Shown: one piece after another, positions 37,127 to 46,879 of the stretch
Layout: each line of letters starts with the position of its first letter
Numbering within the stretch: the stretch's first letter is position 1
Assembly: GCA_903930455.1 (NCBI GenBank)
Contig: CAIYYT010000235.1
Span: 771 to 64,770 of the forward strand
Reading direction: 5' to 3'
DNA: 64,000 nt
Source of the DNA: an uncultured bacterium
Lineage (GTDB): Bacteria; Zixibacteria; MSB-5A5; CAIYYT01
Notes under the pieces: model-generated
What the model saw: only the letters and a program-made list of their open reading frames with translations
Told to the model about the DNA's origin: nothing
The model's database searches: none
Position numbers and translations under genes: made by a program

Positions 37127-40100
37127 TCCTTTCTTTTGAGCATCTCATTGACGAAGTCCCGGATTGAGAGTGGGTGCACCTTTTCGGTTTGCATCTTGTG
37201 GTCAATGGCCTCATTGATAGCTGCTTGCTTCAGATAGAGCAATTCGTACATGTCCTCATCAATGGTACCTTTAGACAACAGATAGGTAACCTGTACCGAC
37301 TGTTCCTGAGAGATTCGGAGCAACCTTCCTTCAGCTTGGACCATCGAACTCGGGCACCAGTCAAGGTCGGTCATAAGAGCGTGGTTTGCCCGGGTAAGAG
37401 TCTGTCCAAGATTCATGGCGAGAAGTCCCGCGACAAGTGCCTTTGGTTCAGGCTGTTTCTGGAACTCCTCAATAACTTCGTTGCGGACATCGATGGGTGT
37501 CGACCCAATCAGCAGAGGTGCCTTCAATGTGCCTGAGATCAATATCGCGTTAGGGTTGTAGCCGGTGAATATGACTGCCTTGTTATTCTGAGGAATATTC
37601 TCCAGAATGTCATTCAGTGCTTTGTGCTTGTTGGTAAGCCTTCCTCTGAACGCCGGTCCACCATCTTCTCCTGTGAATATGTGCGGACAAGTAGCGGCCT
37701 GACGAAGTTTCCAGAGCTGCCCGAGAATAGCAGCATTCTTCATGGTGTAATTGGCGTCGCGCTCTTCAAGCTCTAGCTGCTCCCTATACCACTCCACAAA
37801 GTTCTCATACCACCAGTCATAGACAGCTTTCTGGTCGACATCCATTTCCACCATGATGACTTTGACCTCCTTCGCCGGCAACTGGATCGATTGTTTGACC
37901 ATCGGGTCATCGACCAACCTTCTTATGACTTTCGGGCCCATCAGCTGCCAGAATGCGGGAAGGTTGTTCACTTTTGGCACCATCTTCTTCTTGCCCTGGA
38001 TACGATCTTGATATTCATCCGAAACGTATTCGTAGGTAGCGAATTGGCTAATAAACCTTTTCGCTCCTCCACGCCAGGGGTATGGAAATCCCGGCGATCC
38101 GCCGCCAAAGCACCAGTGAAGTTGCCAAAACATATCCGGGACGTACCCTTTGATCAGTGTACCTGTAAGAAGAAGCTTCCGCTTGGCCTTCAGGGACGAA
38201 ACTGCCTGAGAACGCAAGCTATTCTTTGTCTTCATCATCTGGCTCTCATCGACAATGATCATGCCCCAGGTCCTCCGTTTCAGCCTCTTGACAAGCGACG
38301 GAATCCAAGCACGATCAACATAGCCACACGATCTACAACCGTGCCCTGACCACGCTTCACTCTTGCATTGCGGGCAGACTAAAGCTCCCGTTCTTCGCCA
38401 GCCACAAATACAGCATTCGCCTCTGACTGTCTTGCCACAGGAAGGACAGACGATCGGATCGAGCGAGGCAACTCCTTGCCGGCTCAGCTTCTCGTACGAC
38501 ACAATAGTAAACCGCGACGTGTTTTCTATGTCCCTGGCAGATTTGATGACAGCTACACTGTCAATGCCCAGCTTCGCCAACTCGTCCGTCCAGACTTTGA
38601 CTAGGCGAGAAAGACAAATGACGAGCACTCGTCGGCTGCCGGCAATCAGGGCCGTGGCTATGGACGTACGTGTCTTACCGAGCCCCATGTCATAGAGAAG
38701 CGCGTTAAACGGCTTGCACGCCAGACGCGCAGCATCCATTTGCTGGTACTCGAAAAGGAAAGGTGACAGGCCCAACAAATCCAGTTTGCGTCGGTTTACT
38801 CCGTATGCATCGGGGATGTGGTCTTGGAGTAACGGGGAAGAAGACTCCTTGTACTGAGCTTTGCGCTTTTTCTTGATTTTTGGTGGCTCTGAGTAGGTCT
38901 GATAGACAAACTGTTGCCTTTGCCACCAGCGACGCTTACGAGCTATCCAATGAGCAAGCCCGGTATCGTATTGCCAGTTGATCTGATATGCCTCAAGCAA
39001 ATCAAGGACCTTAGGCTTGTTCGCAGAAGTATAGAACGCGCTCAACGATATAAGTTCCTGATACGGATCATCATCACGCCAATGGTCCTTTGAACAACGT
39101 ACTTCACGGATTTCTGCCAGCTTCAATGCTGTGAGGATATCGCCGGAGAAAGGAATGACAGAATATCGGCCTTTCTTGAGAAGAAGACCTTCGGCTGAGG
39201 ACGAATCTGCCGGTTTCTCTTTTGCTATCGAGACGACATTCAGTGAGTTCTTTCGCTCCGGCTCAACCGGACCGAGGTCTCGAATTTCAGCCGCAAAGGC
39301 AAGAGCGTCGACGTAGGATTGTTCTGCAAACCAGGCATTCCTGACTCGGGCAAAGCAGCCCTCATCTCCACTGCCATTTGCAGGAAGAAGGTCGCTAGCG
39401 CCAACGACAATTCTGAACGCGGGCCGGTCAGGTGCAGGCAACTTCCGCATGACCAGCAGAGTCGTCCTTGCTTCGACCCCCTGCTCCTTGAAGGTCTCTT
39501 TTGGCAGGTCAATTTCTGCTGCTATTCTGGTCTGGCCGCGATACCAGCGACGAAAAGACACCATGTCGGGTCGCTTCAGCGAGCCTTTTGGTAATATGAC
39601 CGCAAGGTATCCCGACGGCATCACCGCCCGAATCGCTAATTCCAGACAAGCAACGTGTGACAGAATCTTCCCGCCGAAACCCACGAGATCAAGCTTGAGA
39701 TTCGTCTTCCAGTTCAGCCCAAAAGGCGGGTTGAGCAGGGCATAATGAAACTGATTCTCAAACAGATACTCCAAGCAGTCACCTTGGATTACAGTCTGAC
39801 CGGGGAAAAGCGCTCGTGCCACAAGACACGCTTCTTCCTGGAACTCGATACCAGTAGCATAACAACCTTGCGGAAGGTGCCAGAACATCGCTCCGTGTCC
39901 GCAGGTGTTATCAAGAACTCTGGCTCCCTTTGGAATGGACAACATGTCTACCATGAGTTTTGTAACTGAGGCAGGTGTGAAGTACTGGCCCAGCGCCTTA
40001 TGTGAGGCTGCCAGGAAGTTCTCCCCTTCTTCTTTTTCCAGGAGCCCTCCAACTCCAGTGTAGAGTCGAAAGACTTCCTCTCGATCAAATGCACCTGAGG

Positions 40101-40251
40101 AGACCAGTTCCAATGCTTGTGTGTTGTCGTGGCGGCGCTTTGCCTTTAGATCACACGGTTGATCCTCGTTGCGCCTTTGCCCCCCAGGTGGACCAGTCGT
40201 TACTTGACTGACCCAAAGTGATAGTTGCAGCTCATGTGTATGTTGCGACAC
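37114..40251 (-). CDS. Fused N6-adenine DNA methyltransferase / SNF2-family helicase with inserted zinc ribbon
   Basis: N-terminal region: GARVLDNTCGHGAMF (motif I) and LLNPPFG (NPPF motif IV). C-terminal region: DMGLGKTRTSIA (SNF2 motif I), VDESQMMK (DExx) and a helicase-C region. Zinc ribbon: CPSCGKT...CCICGW...CPQCKS...CRSCG. Confidence 0.8.
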   Translation of the reverse strand: MSQHTHELQLSLWVSQVTTGPPGGQRRNEDQPCDLKAKRRHDNTQALELVSSGAFDREEVFRLYTGVGGLLEKEEGENFLAASHKALGQYFTPASVTKLMVDMLSIPKGARVLDNTCGHGAMFWHLPQGCYATGIEFQEEACLVARALFPGQTVIQGDCLEYLFENQFHYALLNPPFGLNWKTNLKLDLVGFGGKILSHVACLELAIRAVMPSGYLAVILPKGSLKRPDMVSFRRWYRGQTRIAAEIDLPKETFKEQGVEARTTLLVMRKLPAPDRPAFRIVVGASDLLPANGSGDEGCFARVRNAWFAEQSYVDALAFAAEIRDLGPVEPERKNSLNVVSIAKEKPADSSSAEGLLLKKGRYSVIPFSGDILTALKLAEIREVRCSKDHWRDDDPYQELISLSAFYTSANKPKVLDLLEAYQINWQYDTGLAHWIARKRRWWQRQQFVYQTYSEPPKIKKKRKAQYKESSSPLLQDHIPDAYGVNRRKLDLLGLSPFLFEYQQMDAARLACKPFNALLYDMGLGKTRTSIATALIAGSRRVLVICLSRLVKVWTDELAKLGIDSVAVIKSARDIENTSRFTIVSYEKLSRQGVASLDPIVCPSCGKTVRGECCICGWRRTGALVCPQCKSEAWSGHGCRSCGYVDRAWIPSLVKRLKRRTWGMIIVDESQMMKTKNSLRSQAVSSLKAKRKLLLTGTLIKGYVPDMFWQLHWCFGGGSPGFPYPWRGGAKRFISQFATYEYVSDEYQDRIQGKKKMVPKVNNLPAFWQLMGPKVIRRLVDDPMVKQSIQLPAKEVKVIMVEMDVDQKAVYDWWYENFVEWYREQLELEERDANYTMKNAAILGQLWKLRQAATCPHIFTGEDGGPAFRGRLTNKHKALNDILENIPQNNKAVIFTGYNPNAILISGTLKAPLLIGSTPIDVRNEVIEEFQKQPEPKALVAGLLAMNLGQTLTRANHALMTDLDWCPSSMVQAEGRLLRISQEQSVQVTYLLSKGTIDEDMYELLYLKQAAINEAIDHKMQTEKVHPLSIRDFVNEMLKRKECGK

Positions 40252-40579
40252 AGGTATTCTCCTTTCTTCGCAGTCATTGGCGTTGTTACTAGCCTGAAGG
40301 CTTTTGCTGTGATTCGTGATGCCTGAGTGGGTGGAGTGATGCTAAGTCATTGAGGGCTATCTTGTGGTTCTGTCATCTTCCAGTTCCCCAGAACGAAAGC
40401 GCAATTGTGGGACTGTGGATGATACAGGGCTCTTTTTGAGACAAGGAAGTTCTCTGTTAGTATCTTTTCGCAGTTCGCTCAGAGTCTCCCTCAAAGTTTC
40501 AGGCATTTCGCTCGCAATTGTGAGGAAAACGTCACTTCTCGTATGCAGGCTATCTGTTCGAGAAAGTCAGCGAGTACTG

Positions 40580-40609
40580 AGAAAGAGTAAGAGGGCTTGA
40601 ATTCGATTC
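40580..40609. terminator. Strong hairpin (possible bidirectional terminator)
   Basis: 11-bp perfect stem GAGGGCTTGAA/TTCAAGCCCTC with an 8-nt loop. On the minus-strand transcript it is followed by a T-rich run, ~70 nt downstream of the DUF932 gene. Confidence 0.5.
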
Positions 40610-40679
40610 TTCAAGCCCTCGCGAACGTGCATTGCCCTTCCCATTCCATACTTTCAAAGGTGCTGCAGTCTAGTTTTGC

Positions 40680-41744
40680 TCAATTAAGCAGAGCGCCTGC
40701 CCGGCGTTCGAGGTTTACTCGTTTATCCGCAAACGGCAGAGTCCGGGCAAATGCGGTCAGACCCTGGGTCAGACCCCAACGGGTGGTCACATCTTCGCCT
40801 TCTGCAAGACCAACGTTCCAAGCGCTCGTGAGTTCATTTTTGGTGAACGGCAGCTGCTTATTCGAATACATTACCTCCTCAAGCGTAGCTCCGAGACGAT
40901 CATTCATCGCCTGCGTGACTGAGTCTCTAATGCGATCATCGAGATTTCGGTTCTCGACAAATGTGTTTAGGACCGGGATCGCGTCGCGATAGAATCGGGA
41001 AAGCGCCCGATTGCGATGAACGATTTTCAGTTCCTGCACCTCTTCGGCTCCCCAGACAATGTGATTACCGCAGATGAAGTTGTACAAGAATATCGTGAGA
41101 CCGAACGTCGCCGAACCAGTCTCAGAGTTCCAGAGGAAGAACCCCTTGCCGAGCCGTGCATTTCCGACTTCGACCGGATGTTCGTCGTTGATGAGAAAGA
41201 CGAACATATCCCGATCGGAAGCGTAGAGGCCTGCAGAGCCAGCCTTGGAATCTGGTGGATGCCAGTTCGTGTCTCTAACGGCTTCCAGAAGCTCCGAAAT
41301 GACATCGTAGTCCCATATGCGGCCGTAGGTAGTGCTGGTAAAAGCAGAGACGGCGTTGCTGAAACTGCTTTCATCGGACTCGGGGCTGTCGTCTTTCCTT
41401 ATGAGTAGCTTCGCTTCGCCGCCCGCCTTTGCCATGCCGTATTCGAGGCACTGCACAGCCATGTCTGCTGACAGAGTTCTCAAGTATCCAGCCGGAGCCC
41501 TCACTTGCTGGCACAGTTGTGAAAACGACCAGTTGGTGAGTGCGGAGTGCGGAACGTGGCCGTTCAGGAACATTCCGCCGCCGTGCGTTGCATGAAGTCG
41601 CAAATCTCGCAATGCATAGATCTCTTCCAGTGCGTTACGCTTGCGTCTTCCGGTGAATTCGAGGATCTCGTCAAGTGACTTGAAACGTTCATCTAGTGGC
41701 CTCTTCACCCATTGCTTGTGGGCGTCGATGAGAATCGTGGACAT
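40680..41744 (-). CDS. DUF932/DUF945-type phage/plasmid-like protein
   Basis: GLYASDRDMFVF...GKGFFLWNSETGSATFGLTIFLYNFICGNHIVWG resembles the DUF932 family common in ICEs. Start taken at MSTILID. Confidence 0.6.
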   Translation of the reverse strand: MSTILIDAHKQWVKRPLDERFKSLDEILEFTGRRKRNALEEIYALRDLRLHATHGGGMFLNGHVPHSALTNWSFSQLCQQVRAPAGYLRTLSADMAVQCLEYGMAKAGGEAKLLIRKDDSPESDESSFSNAVSAFTSTTYGRIWDYDVISELLEAVRDTNWHPPDSKAGSAGLYASDRDMFVFLINDEHPVEVGNARLGKGFFLWNSETGSATFGLTIFLYNFICGNHIVWGAEEVQELKIVHRNRALSRFYRDAIPVLNTFVENRNLDDRIRDSVTQAMNDRLGATLEEVMYSNKQLPFTKNELTSAWNVGLAEGEDVTTRWGLTQGLTAFARTLPFADKRVNLERRAGALLN

Positions 41745-41767
41745 AGTGTTTTGCTCCTTTCTTGGAA

Positions 41768-42532
41768 TCATCCACGCCATTTCTGGCAAACATCAAAGTA
41801 CTCGCAGCTAGGGCACAGCCATCCGGCACTTGGGTAGAAATGTCCAGAGTGAATGCCCTCGATCACGCGCTTGGCCAGGTGAAAGAAACGAACCTTGTCG
41901 TTCTGATCCCGGAAGACTTCGAAGCTATGCAGTTGTGGTTTCTTAGTCTTCGTGAGGATGTCGAGACGAAGATTTGGCTCGCGTTTCCGTAGCCAGCTGA
42001 AGGCATAGGCGTATGCGGTGAGTTGGAGATGCTGGGTGATAGTTGTGAGGTCGTACACTTTGGCAGCTGTCTTTAGCTCCACCACTGTGTCGCCTTCTTC
42101 CAGAAGATCGAAGTAGCCGTCCAGCGGAAGATCAATTCTCTCGCCCGTCTCTAGGTCAACAAGGGGTACTCGGAAACCTTGCTCGACCGCTTTCGGCGTT
42201 GTCCCTTTGTATTCTTTGACGTATACGGCAAGAAGCTCTTTGCCCTTGTCAATCAGAGAGCTGAGATCGTCTCCGTTCTTGAAGCGAATTTCATCCACAG
42301 CTTGCGCATTCAAATCAGCTTCGAATACCGATGCAATATCCTGCCATTCGCGATTTCGCTCGGCCTGCCGTTCCTTATGCCACCATTCGATGGCTGAGTG
42401 GATGGCACTGCCGAATGCGAGTTCAGCGGCTTTGAAAGGCTTTGGCAATTTGTCGATGTAGTTGAACCGGTATTTCAGCGGGCACAACAGGTACAGATTG
42501 ATCTGTGAAACGGAAATGTGGTCCCGCATCAC
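41768..42532 (-). CDS. PD-(D/E)XK nuclease, Cas4/RecB/YqaJ-like (PDDEXK_1)
   Basis: N-terminal SVSQINLYLLCPLKYRF, ELKT (catalytic E-x-K), and a C-terminal Cys cluster YPSAGWLCPSCEYFDVC. Confidence 0.7.
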   Translation of the reverse strand: MMRDHISVSQINLYLLCPLKYRFNYIDKLPKPFKAAELAFGSAIHSAIEWWHKERQAERNREWQDIASVFEADLNAQAVDEIRFKNGDDLSSLIDKGKELLAVYVKEYKGTTPKAVEQGFRVPLVDLETGERIDLPLDGYFDLLEEGDTVVELKTAAKVYDLTTITQHLQLTAYAYAFSWLRKREPNLRLDILTKTKKPQLHSFEVFRDQNDKVRFFHLAKRVIEGIHSGHFYPSAGWLCPSCEYFDVCQKWRG

Positions 42533-43236
42533 GCTGGCACTCCTTCCAAGCCGACATTCAGAATGTGGTCGATCAGGGTGCTGGCGTCAGGTTTTGAGGC
42601 ATCCTTGAGGGACTCCACGCCGAGCGTCCGCTTCAGGTAGTCGTGGGCATCATCGCCAGTGACCCCACGTTCGGCAAGTAGGCGGAACAAATAGCGACGT
42701 TGATTTTCGGTCATGGGCTCGTCTGGTGGACCCTGGCTGGAGTGATGGCTGTTTCCGTTGCTGTCGGAACCATCGTTGCCGTTTCCCCCGGCTGCCGTCG
42801 CGGCTGCACCCCTCGTCCCATTTCCATGGCCGTTATCCCCAGCGCCGTTGGTGAACTCATCAGTCAGTTCTTCGAGGGCAATAACGCCGACGTTCACAGC
42901 GTCCCGCAAGGCCCTCGCCTTGGCGCGGGTAAATGCCATGCGGATGATGTGCGGAGCAATGATGGCGTCGACGTTGTTGGGGTTGGCATCCCCGCACTCG
43001 GTGAATACCCCTTTTTCTGTCACCACTTTCGCCATAGAAATCGCGGTCATTTCGTTGTCCGCGGAAGGGGCTTGCAGAAGCTTGGTTTCGATCTCTTTCA
43101 AGCCTTCCTGGTGGGCGCGATTGAGCAAGCCAGCGTAAGTGACAACCTCTTTGGTCGCCACAACCCGGCCTTGGCGGTCCTTGATCTCGATGGTCGTGAC
43201 CAAGTTCGACTGGGTGGTCATGAGACCTCCTCTCAT
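42529..43236 (-). CDS. Hypothetical protein with Gly/Asn-rich linker, possible ssDNA-annealing partner of the nuclease
   Basis: A ~120-aa N-terminal domain, a low-complexity NGAGDNGHGNGTRGAAATAAGGNGNDGSDSNGN linker, and a conserved-looking C-terminal helical domain. The SSAP assignment is by context only. An internal start at 43221 is possible. Confidence 0.35.
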   Translation of the reverse strand: MRGGLMTTQSNLVTTIEIKDRQGRVVATKEVVTYAGLLNRAHQEGLKEIETKLLQAPSADNEMTAISMAKVVTEKGVFTECGDANPNNVDAIIAPHIIRMAFTRAKARALRDAVNVGVIALEELTDEFTNGAGDNGHGNGTRGAAATAAGGNGNDGSDSNGNSHHSSQGPPDEPMTENQRRYLFRLLAERGVTGDDAHDYLKRTLGVESLKDASKPDASTLIDHILNVGLEGVPA

Positions 43237-43402
43237 TTGTTTGTTTTGGTGTCTAAATTGGGAAAGGACTGGGGTGGAAAGTGAAACCTTTACAGACCAC
43301 CTTCGAGAGGGAGCGTACAGGTCTCATAGACGCAATCAATTGCCTGCAGAGGCAACTTTTCCGCACTGACGAAGCGAGAACCTCTCGGCTAACCTGAAAA
43401 CC

Positions 43403-44680
43403 ATGACGAATAGAGAACTCCTCATCCTCGGAGAGACAAACTACCGCAATGACCGAAAGCGGTTCGGTATACTCAAAGAAGATCGCCGGCGACATATGTA
43501 TATCGTTGGCAAGACAGGCATGGGGAAGTCTACACTTCTACTGAACTGCATTGTGCAGGATATTCAGCGCGGGAACGGCGTCGCAGTACTTGACCCGCAT
43601 GGTGACCTTGTGGAGCGCGTCTTGGACTACATCCCGCCGAAACGGATTAACGAAACAATCTATTTCAATCCCGCTGACACCGAGTACCCGATTGCCTTCA
43701 ACCCTCTGTATCACAAAGATGTGTTTCAAGGACACCTTGTGGCCTCGGGTCTGATTCAGGTCTTTAGGAAGATCTGGGCTGATTCCTGGGGACCACGGCT
43801 GGAGTATGTCCTGCGGAATGCAATTCTGGCGCTCCTGGAGAATCCCGGCAACACGTTGCTTGGCATTCCTCGGTTATTGACCGATGATTTGTTTCGCCAG
43901 AAGATCATTAGAGGTGTCAAGGATCCGATTGTGCGGAACTTCTGGGAAGTGGAGTTTGAGCAATATCCCAAGGTCTTCCGGACCGAAACAATCTCACCTA
44001 TTCAGAACAAAGTTGGGCAGTTTCTGTCAACGCCGATCATTCGCAATATTGTCGGGCAGACGAAAGCAAAGTTCGACCTTAGCGATGTACTTGATTCAGG
44101 CAAGATTCTGCTGATGAATCTTTCCAAAGGTAAGATTGGCGAGGATAATTCTTCGCTCCTCGGCGCGCTGATGATTACGCAAATCCACTTGGCCGCTGTC
44201 AAGCGGGCTTCGATGCCTGAAGAGAGACGGCGCGATTTCTACTTGTATGTTGACGAACTGCAATCGTTCGTGACGGAGGACTTTCCTTCGATATTATCAG
44301 AGGCACGAAAGTACCGACTCTGCGTGATTGCCTCGAATCAATTTATCTCGCAATTGCCTGAATCAATTTCAGCATCACTACTTGGAAACGTAGGGACACT
44401 GATATCGTTCACTGTTGGATTTGAAGATGCGGAAACTCTTTCCCATGAGCTTGACTCTGTGTTCAGTGCTGATGATCTCCGGGGATTGCCGAGATACAAT
44501 GTTTACTTGAAGCTATCGATTGGAGGATCTACCTCACGCTCATTTAGTGGCGAGACCTTGCCACCATATCCGGCGAGCTTCCGATCAGGGACAGCGAGAG
44601 TCATTGAGCAGAGTCGCCAAAGGTACTGCTTGGGATGCACGCACGCGGACAGCAAGATCAGGAAGTGGATTGCAGGCTGA
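43403..44680 (+). CDS. VirD4/TraD-like coupling-protein-family ATPase, soluble paralogue of 9158-10792
   Basis: Walker A GKTGMGKSTLL. Shared motifs with the first copy: IYFNPAD, GKILLMNLS, FYLYVDELQSF, ARKYRLCVIASNQ. Confidence 0.65.
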   Translation: MTNRELLILGETNYRNDRKRFGILKEDRRRHMYIVGKTGMGKSTLLLNCIVQDIQRGNGVAVLDPHGDLVERVLDYIPPKRINETIYFNPADTEYPIAFNPLYHKDVFQGHLVASGLIQVFRKIWADSWGPRLEYVLRNAILALLENPGNTLLGIPRLLTDDLFRQKIIRGVKDPIVRNFWEVEFEQYPKVFRTETISPIQNKVGQFLSTPIIRNIVGQTKAKFDLSDVLDSGKILLMNLSKGKIGEDNSSLLGALMITQIHLAAVKRASMPEERRRDFYLYVDELQSFVTEDFPSILSEARKYRLCVIASNQFISQLPESISASLLGNVGTLISFTVGFEDAETLSHELDSVFSADDLRGLPRYNVYLKLSIGGSTSRSFSGETLPPYPASFRSGTARVIEQSRQRYCLGCTHADSKIRKWIAG

Positions 44681-44691
44681 CCACGCTCTCG

Positions 44692-46821
44692 TTACAGGCT
44701 TAGCAGATAGGATATTTTGCCGAAAACAATCTCGGAGTCCTTTGCGAACGTTTGCTCCCCATTGTCGTAACCGGAGTTGTAGGCAAGATAGAATGTGCTT
44801 CCAGGAAGGAACGTGTATCCAAGCAGAAGATTGGCAGTGAAGTAGTCAGATTCGCTATTCCACTGAAGGAAGGCCCTGATGAACAGGTCGCTTGAGGAAT
44901 TGTAGGCACCCTGCAATACTCCAATCCATTGACTAAGTGTCCTGGTGCCGCCTCTCTCGACATACTGGCACACGTGATTGATCGAGGGAGACACTTCGAC
45001 CCTTGGACTTGGTCTCAGACTAAGGGAGAGTGATTCCTCTCGCTGCCACACGGTCTGGGCATTCCAGTAGTCAAGCGCTTGTCCTTCGGCAACCTGCGCC
45101 GAGGAGGTGAAGTACTTTGTGGGATTTGCGGAAACGCTCACGTAGTAGTCATACGTGTCATGGCTAGTTTTCTCCCAGAGGGTCTGATTTCTCCGCGTAC
45201 CGAATTCCGCCGTGACGTTTCCACTGAATTCGGTAGTCAGCCGGACATATCCTCCACGATCCAATGGAGAGCCCAAGTACAACTCTGCAAGAGAGTAGCG
45301 TCCGTACGGCGTGACACGTCTGAGCCAGCCATTGTTAACTTGCCAAGTATATGACACAGAGCCAAGGTGTTCCCTGTATGATACGGGCTCCATATCGAGG
45401 CCACTGTACATTGGCGTAACAAAACCCGAAGCTGCCTCAAAACGGCTTTCCTGAAATCGGTATGAATAGAGCAGATTCCAGTTGTTCCTGCCGAAATTCA
45501 CGGAAGAGTTGCCGATCCATGTGAGTCTACCGTTAGTATTTGAGAAGCTTTTGGCAGCCTGTCCTTCGAATAGGATGCTCTTGTGAATGATTCTCCAGTC
45601 GACTGCCGCTACCCGGTTGTGGCGTCCATCTGTTTCTTTGGCCGTGCCAATGAAGCCGATCCTTGACTGTGCCAAGATATCCCGCTCCAGTCTGACGACA
45701 CCGAAATGCTCTTTTTCAGACAAGCCCTGATTGTCATTGAGAGCGTACAGTCCACCGATTCCGTACTTGCCAAGTTTGCCGCTTACTTTGAGTCCGACCA
45801 ACGGTTTTGAAATCCTGCGACTGTAGAAGAGATCTTCCGGAGTGTCGAATATGTCCATTCGTTCGAGGAAGAATGGTCTCTTCTCCTGCAAGTAAAGCTC
45901 ATACGGTCCCAGATTGATCTGATCGATGTCTGCCTCAACTTGACCGAAGTCGGGGTTGGCGGTCAAATCCGCGACCAGGCTCGTATTCAGGGCGTATTTG
46001 AGGTCACCACCAAATTCAACTTGTCGTCGCGATCCATCCCCCTTGTCACTCTTGACGGTGAGGTATGGAAGCACGGTTGCTCGCTGTCCTGCTGATATTC
46101 CCGTGATTCCACGCAACTCGGCGGTCCGCGAGAGGAAATTGTTGTCCACGACCCTGAAGGGTACATATGTGGACATTTCGCCTCTCTGGGTGATCTGTCT
46201 CATAAGCTGGAATCGCCAGGTCTGCATGCTGCTGTTTGGGAATCTGATTGACTCCAAGGGAATGGCCAACTCAGTCTGCCAGCCCGAGTCGGTCATAACT
46301 GACCTGGAGGACCAGATTCCATCCCAACTTGGATCGTCGCGATCTCCGAACTGCAGCAAGTCGGCCTGGATTCCGTATGGATTGACGACAAACTCGTACC
46401 CGGAACGCATGTCGTTGTACGTGTTCAGAAGCAGCATGATCCAATCGTCACCAAAGACTGCATCTCGGTTGTCTATATTAGCAGTGATTTGCCTGGGGTC
46501 TGAATGGAAGCATAAGGCAGCGAAGTACAGATTGTGCTCGTCATAGGCGAAATAGCAGACTGTCTTCTCGCTAGATGGCTTTCCTTGATCGGGTTTCCAC
46601 TGTGTGAAACCTGTTACCGCGGATGCCTGCTGCCAGCACAGTTCATCCAAGGTGCCATCGACGTTTACAGGAGTTGATGCTCTGATGGCGGTCACGGCAA
46701 GCCTGTCCAGCGCCACAGAGTTTGTATCGCTTGCGCGGCTCGTGCTTGCCGGAATGACGATGACAACAGTCAATACCGAAATCGCTAATTGTCGGACGGT
46801 TTGCGCTTTTATCATGTTCAT
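44692..46821 (-). CDS. Large secreted protein, probable outer-membrane beta-barrel (DUF5916/CBM9-like guess)
   Basis: Signal peptide. A ~700-aa beta-rich sequence with alternating aromatic patterns. C-terminus ends ...FGKISYLLSL. Confidence 0.45.
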   Translation of the reverse strand: MNMIKAQTVRQLAISVLTVVIVIPASTSRASDTNSVALDRLAVTAIRASTPVNVDGTLDELCWQQASAVTGFTQWKPDQGKPSSEKTVCYFAYDEHNLYFAALCFHSDPRQITANIDNRDAVFGDDWIMLLLNTYNDMRSGYEFVVNPYGIQADLLQFGDRDDPSWDGIWSSRSVMTDSGWQTELAIPLESIRFPNSSMQTWRFQLMRQITQRGEMSTYVPFRVVDNNFLSRTAELRGITGISAGQRATVLPYLTVKSDKGDGSRRQVEFGGDLKYALNTSLVADLTANPDFGQVEADIDQINLGPYELYLQEKRPFFLERMDIFDTPEDLFYSRRISKPLVGLKVSGKLGKYGIGGLYALNDNQGLSEKEHFGVVRLERDILAQSRIGFIGTAKETDGRHNRVAAVDWRIIHKSILFEGQAAKSFSNTNGRLTWIGNSSVNFGRNNWNLLYSYRFQESRFEAASGFVTPMYSGLDMEPVSYREHLGSVSYTWQVNNGWLRRVTPYGRYSLAELYLGSPLDRGGYVRLTTEFSGNVTAEFGTRRNQTLWEKTSHDTYDYYVSVSANPTKYFTSSAQVAEGQALDYWNAQTVWQREESLSLSLRPSPRVEVSPSINHVCQYVERGGTRTLSQWIGVLQGAYNSSSDLFIRAFLQWNSESDYFTANLLLGYTFLPGSTFYLAYNSGYDNGEQTFAKDSEIVFGKISYLLSL

Positions 46822-46879
46822 TTCAATTCTCCCTAGTGACTAACAGAACTGGTAGCTGAGACAGAGCGCCAATATGGCA

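Noticed and set aside
42700-43284. Plus-strand ORFs 42700-43284 and 42758-43138 opposite the Gly/Asn-linker protein
   Set aside because: They are the complement of the codon-biased GGN/AAY-rich linker. There are no independent signals.
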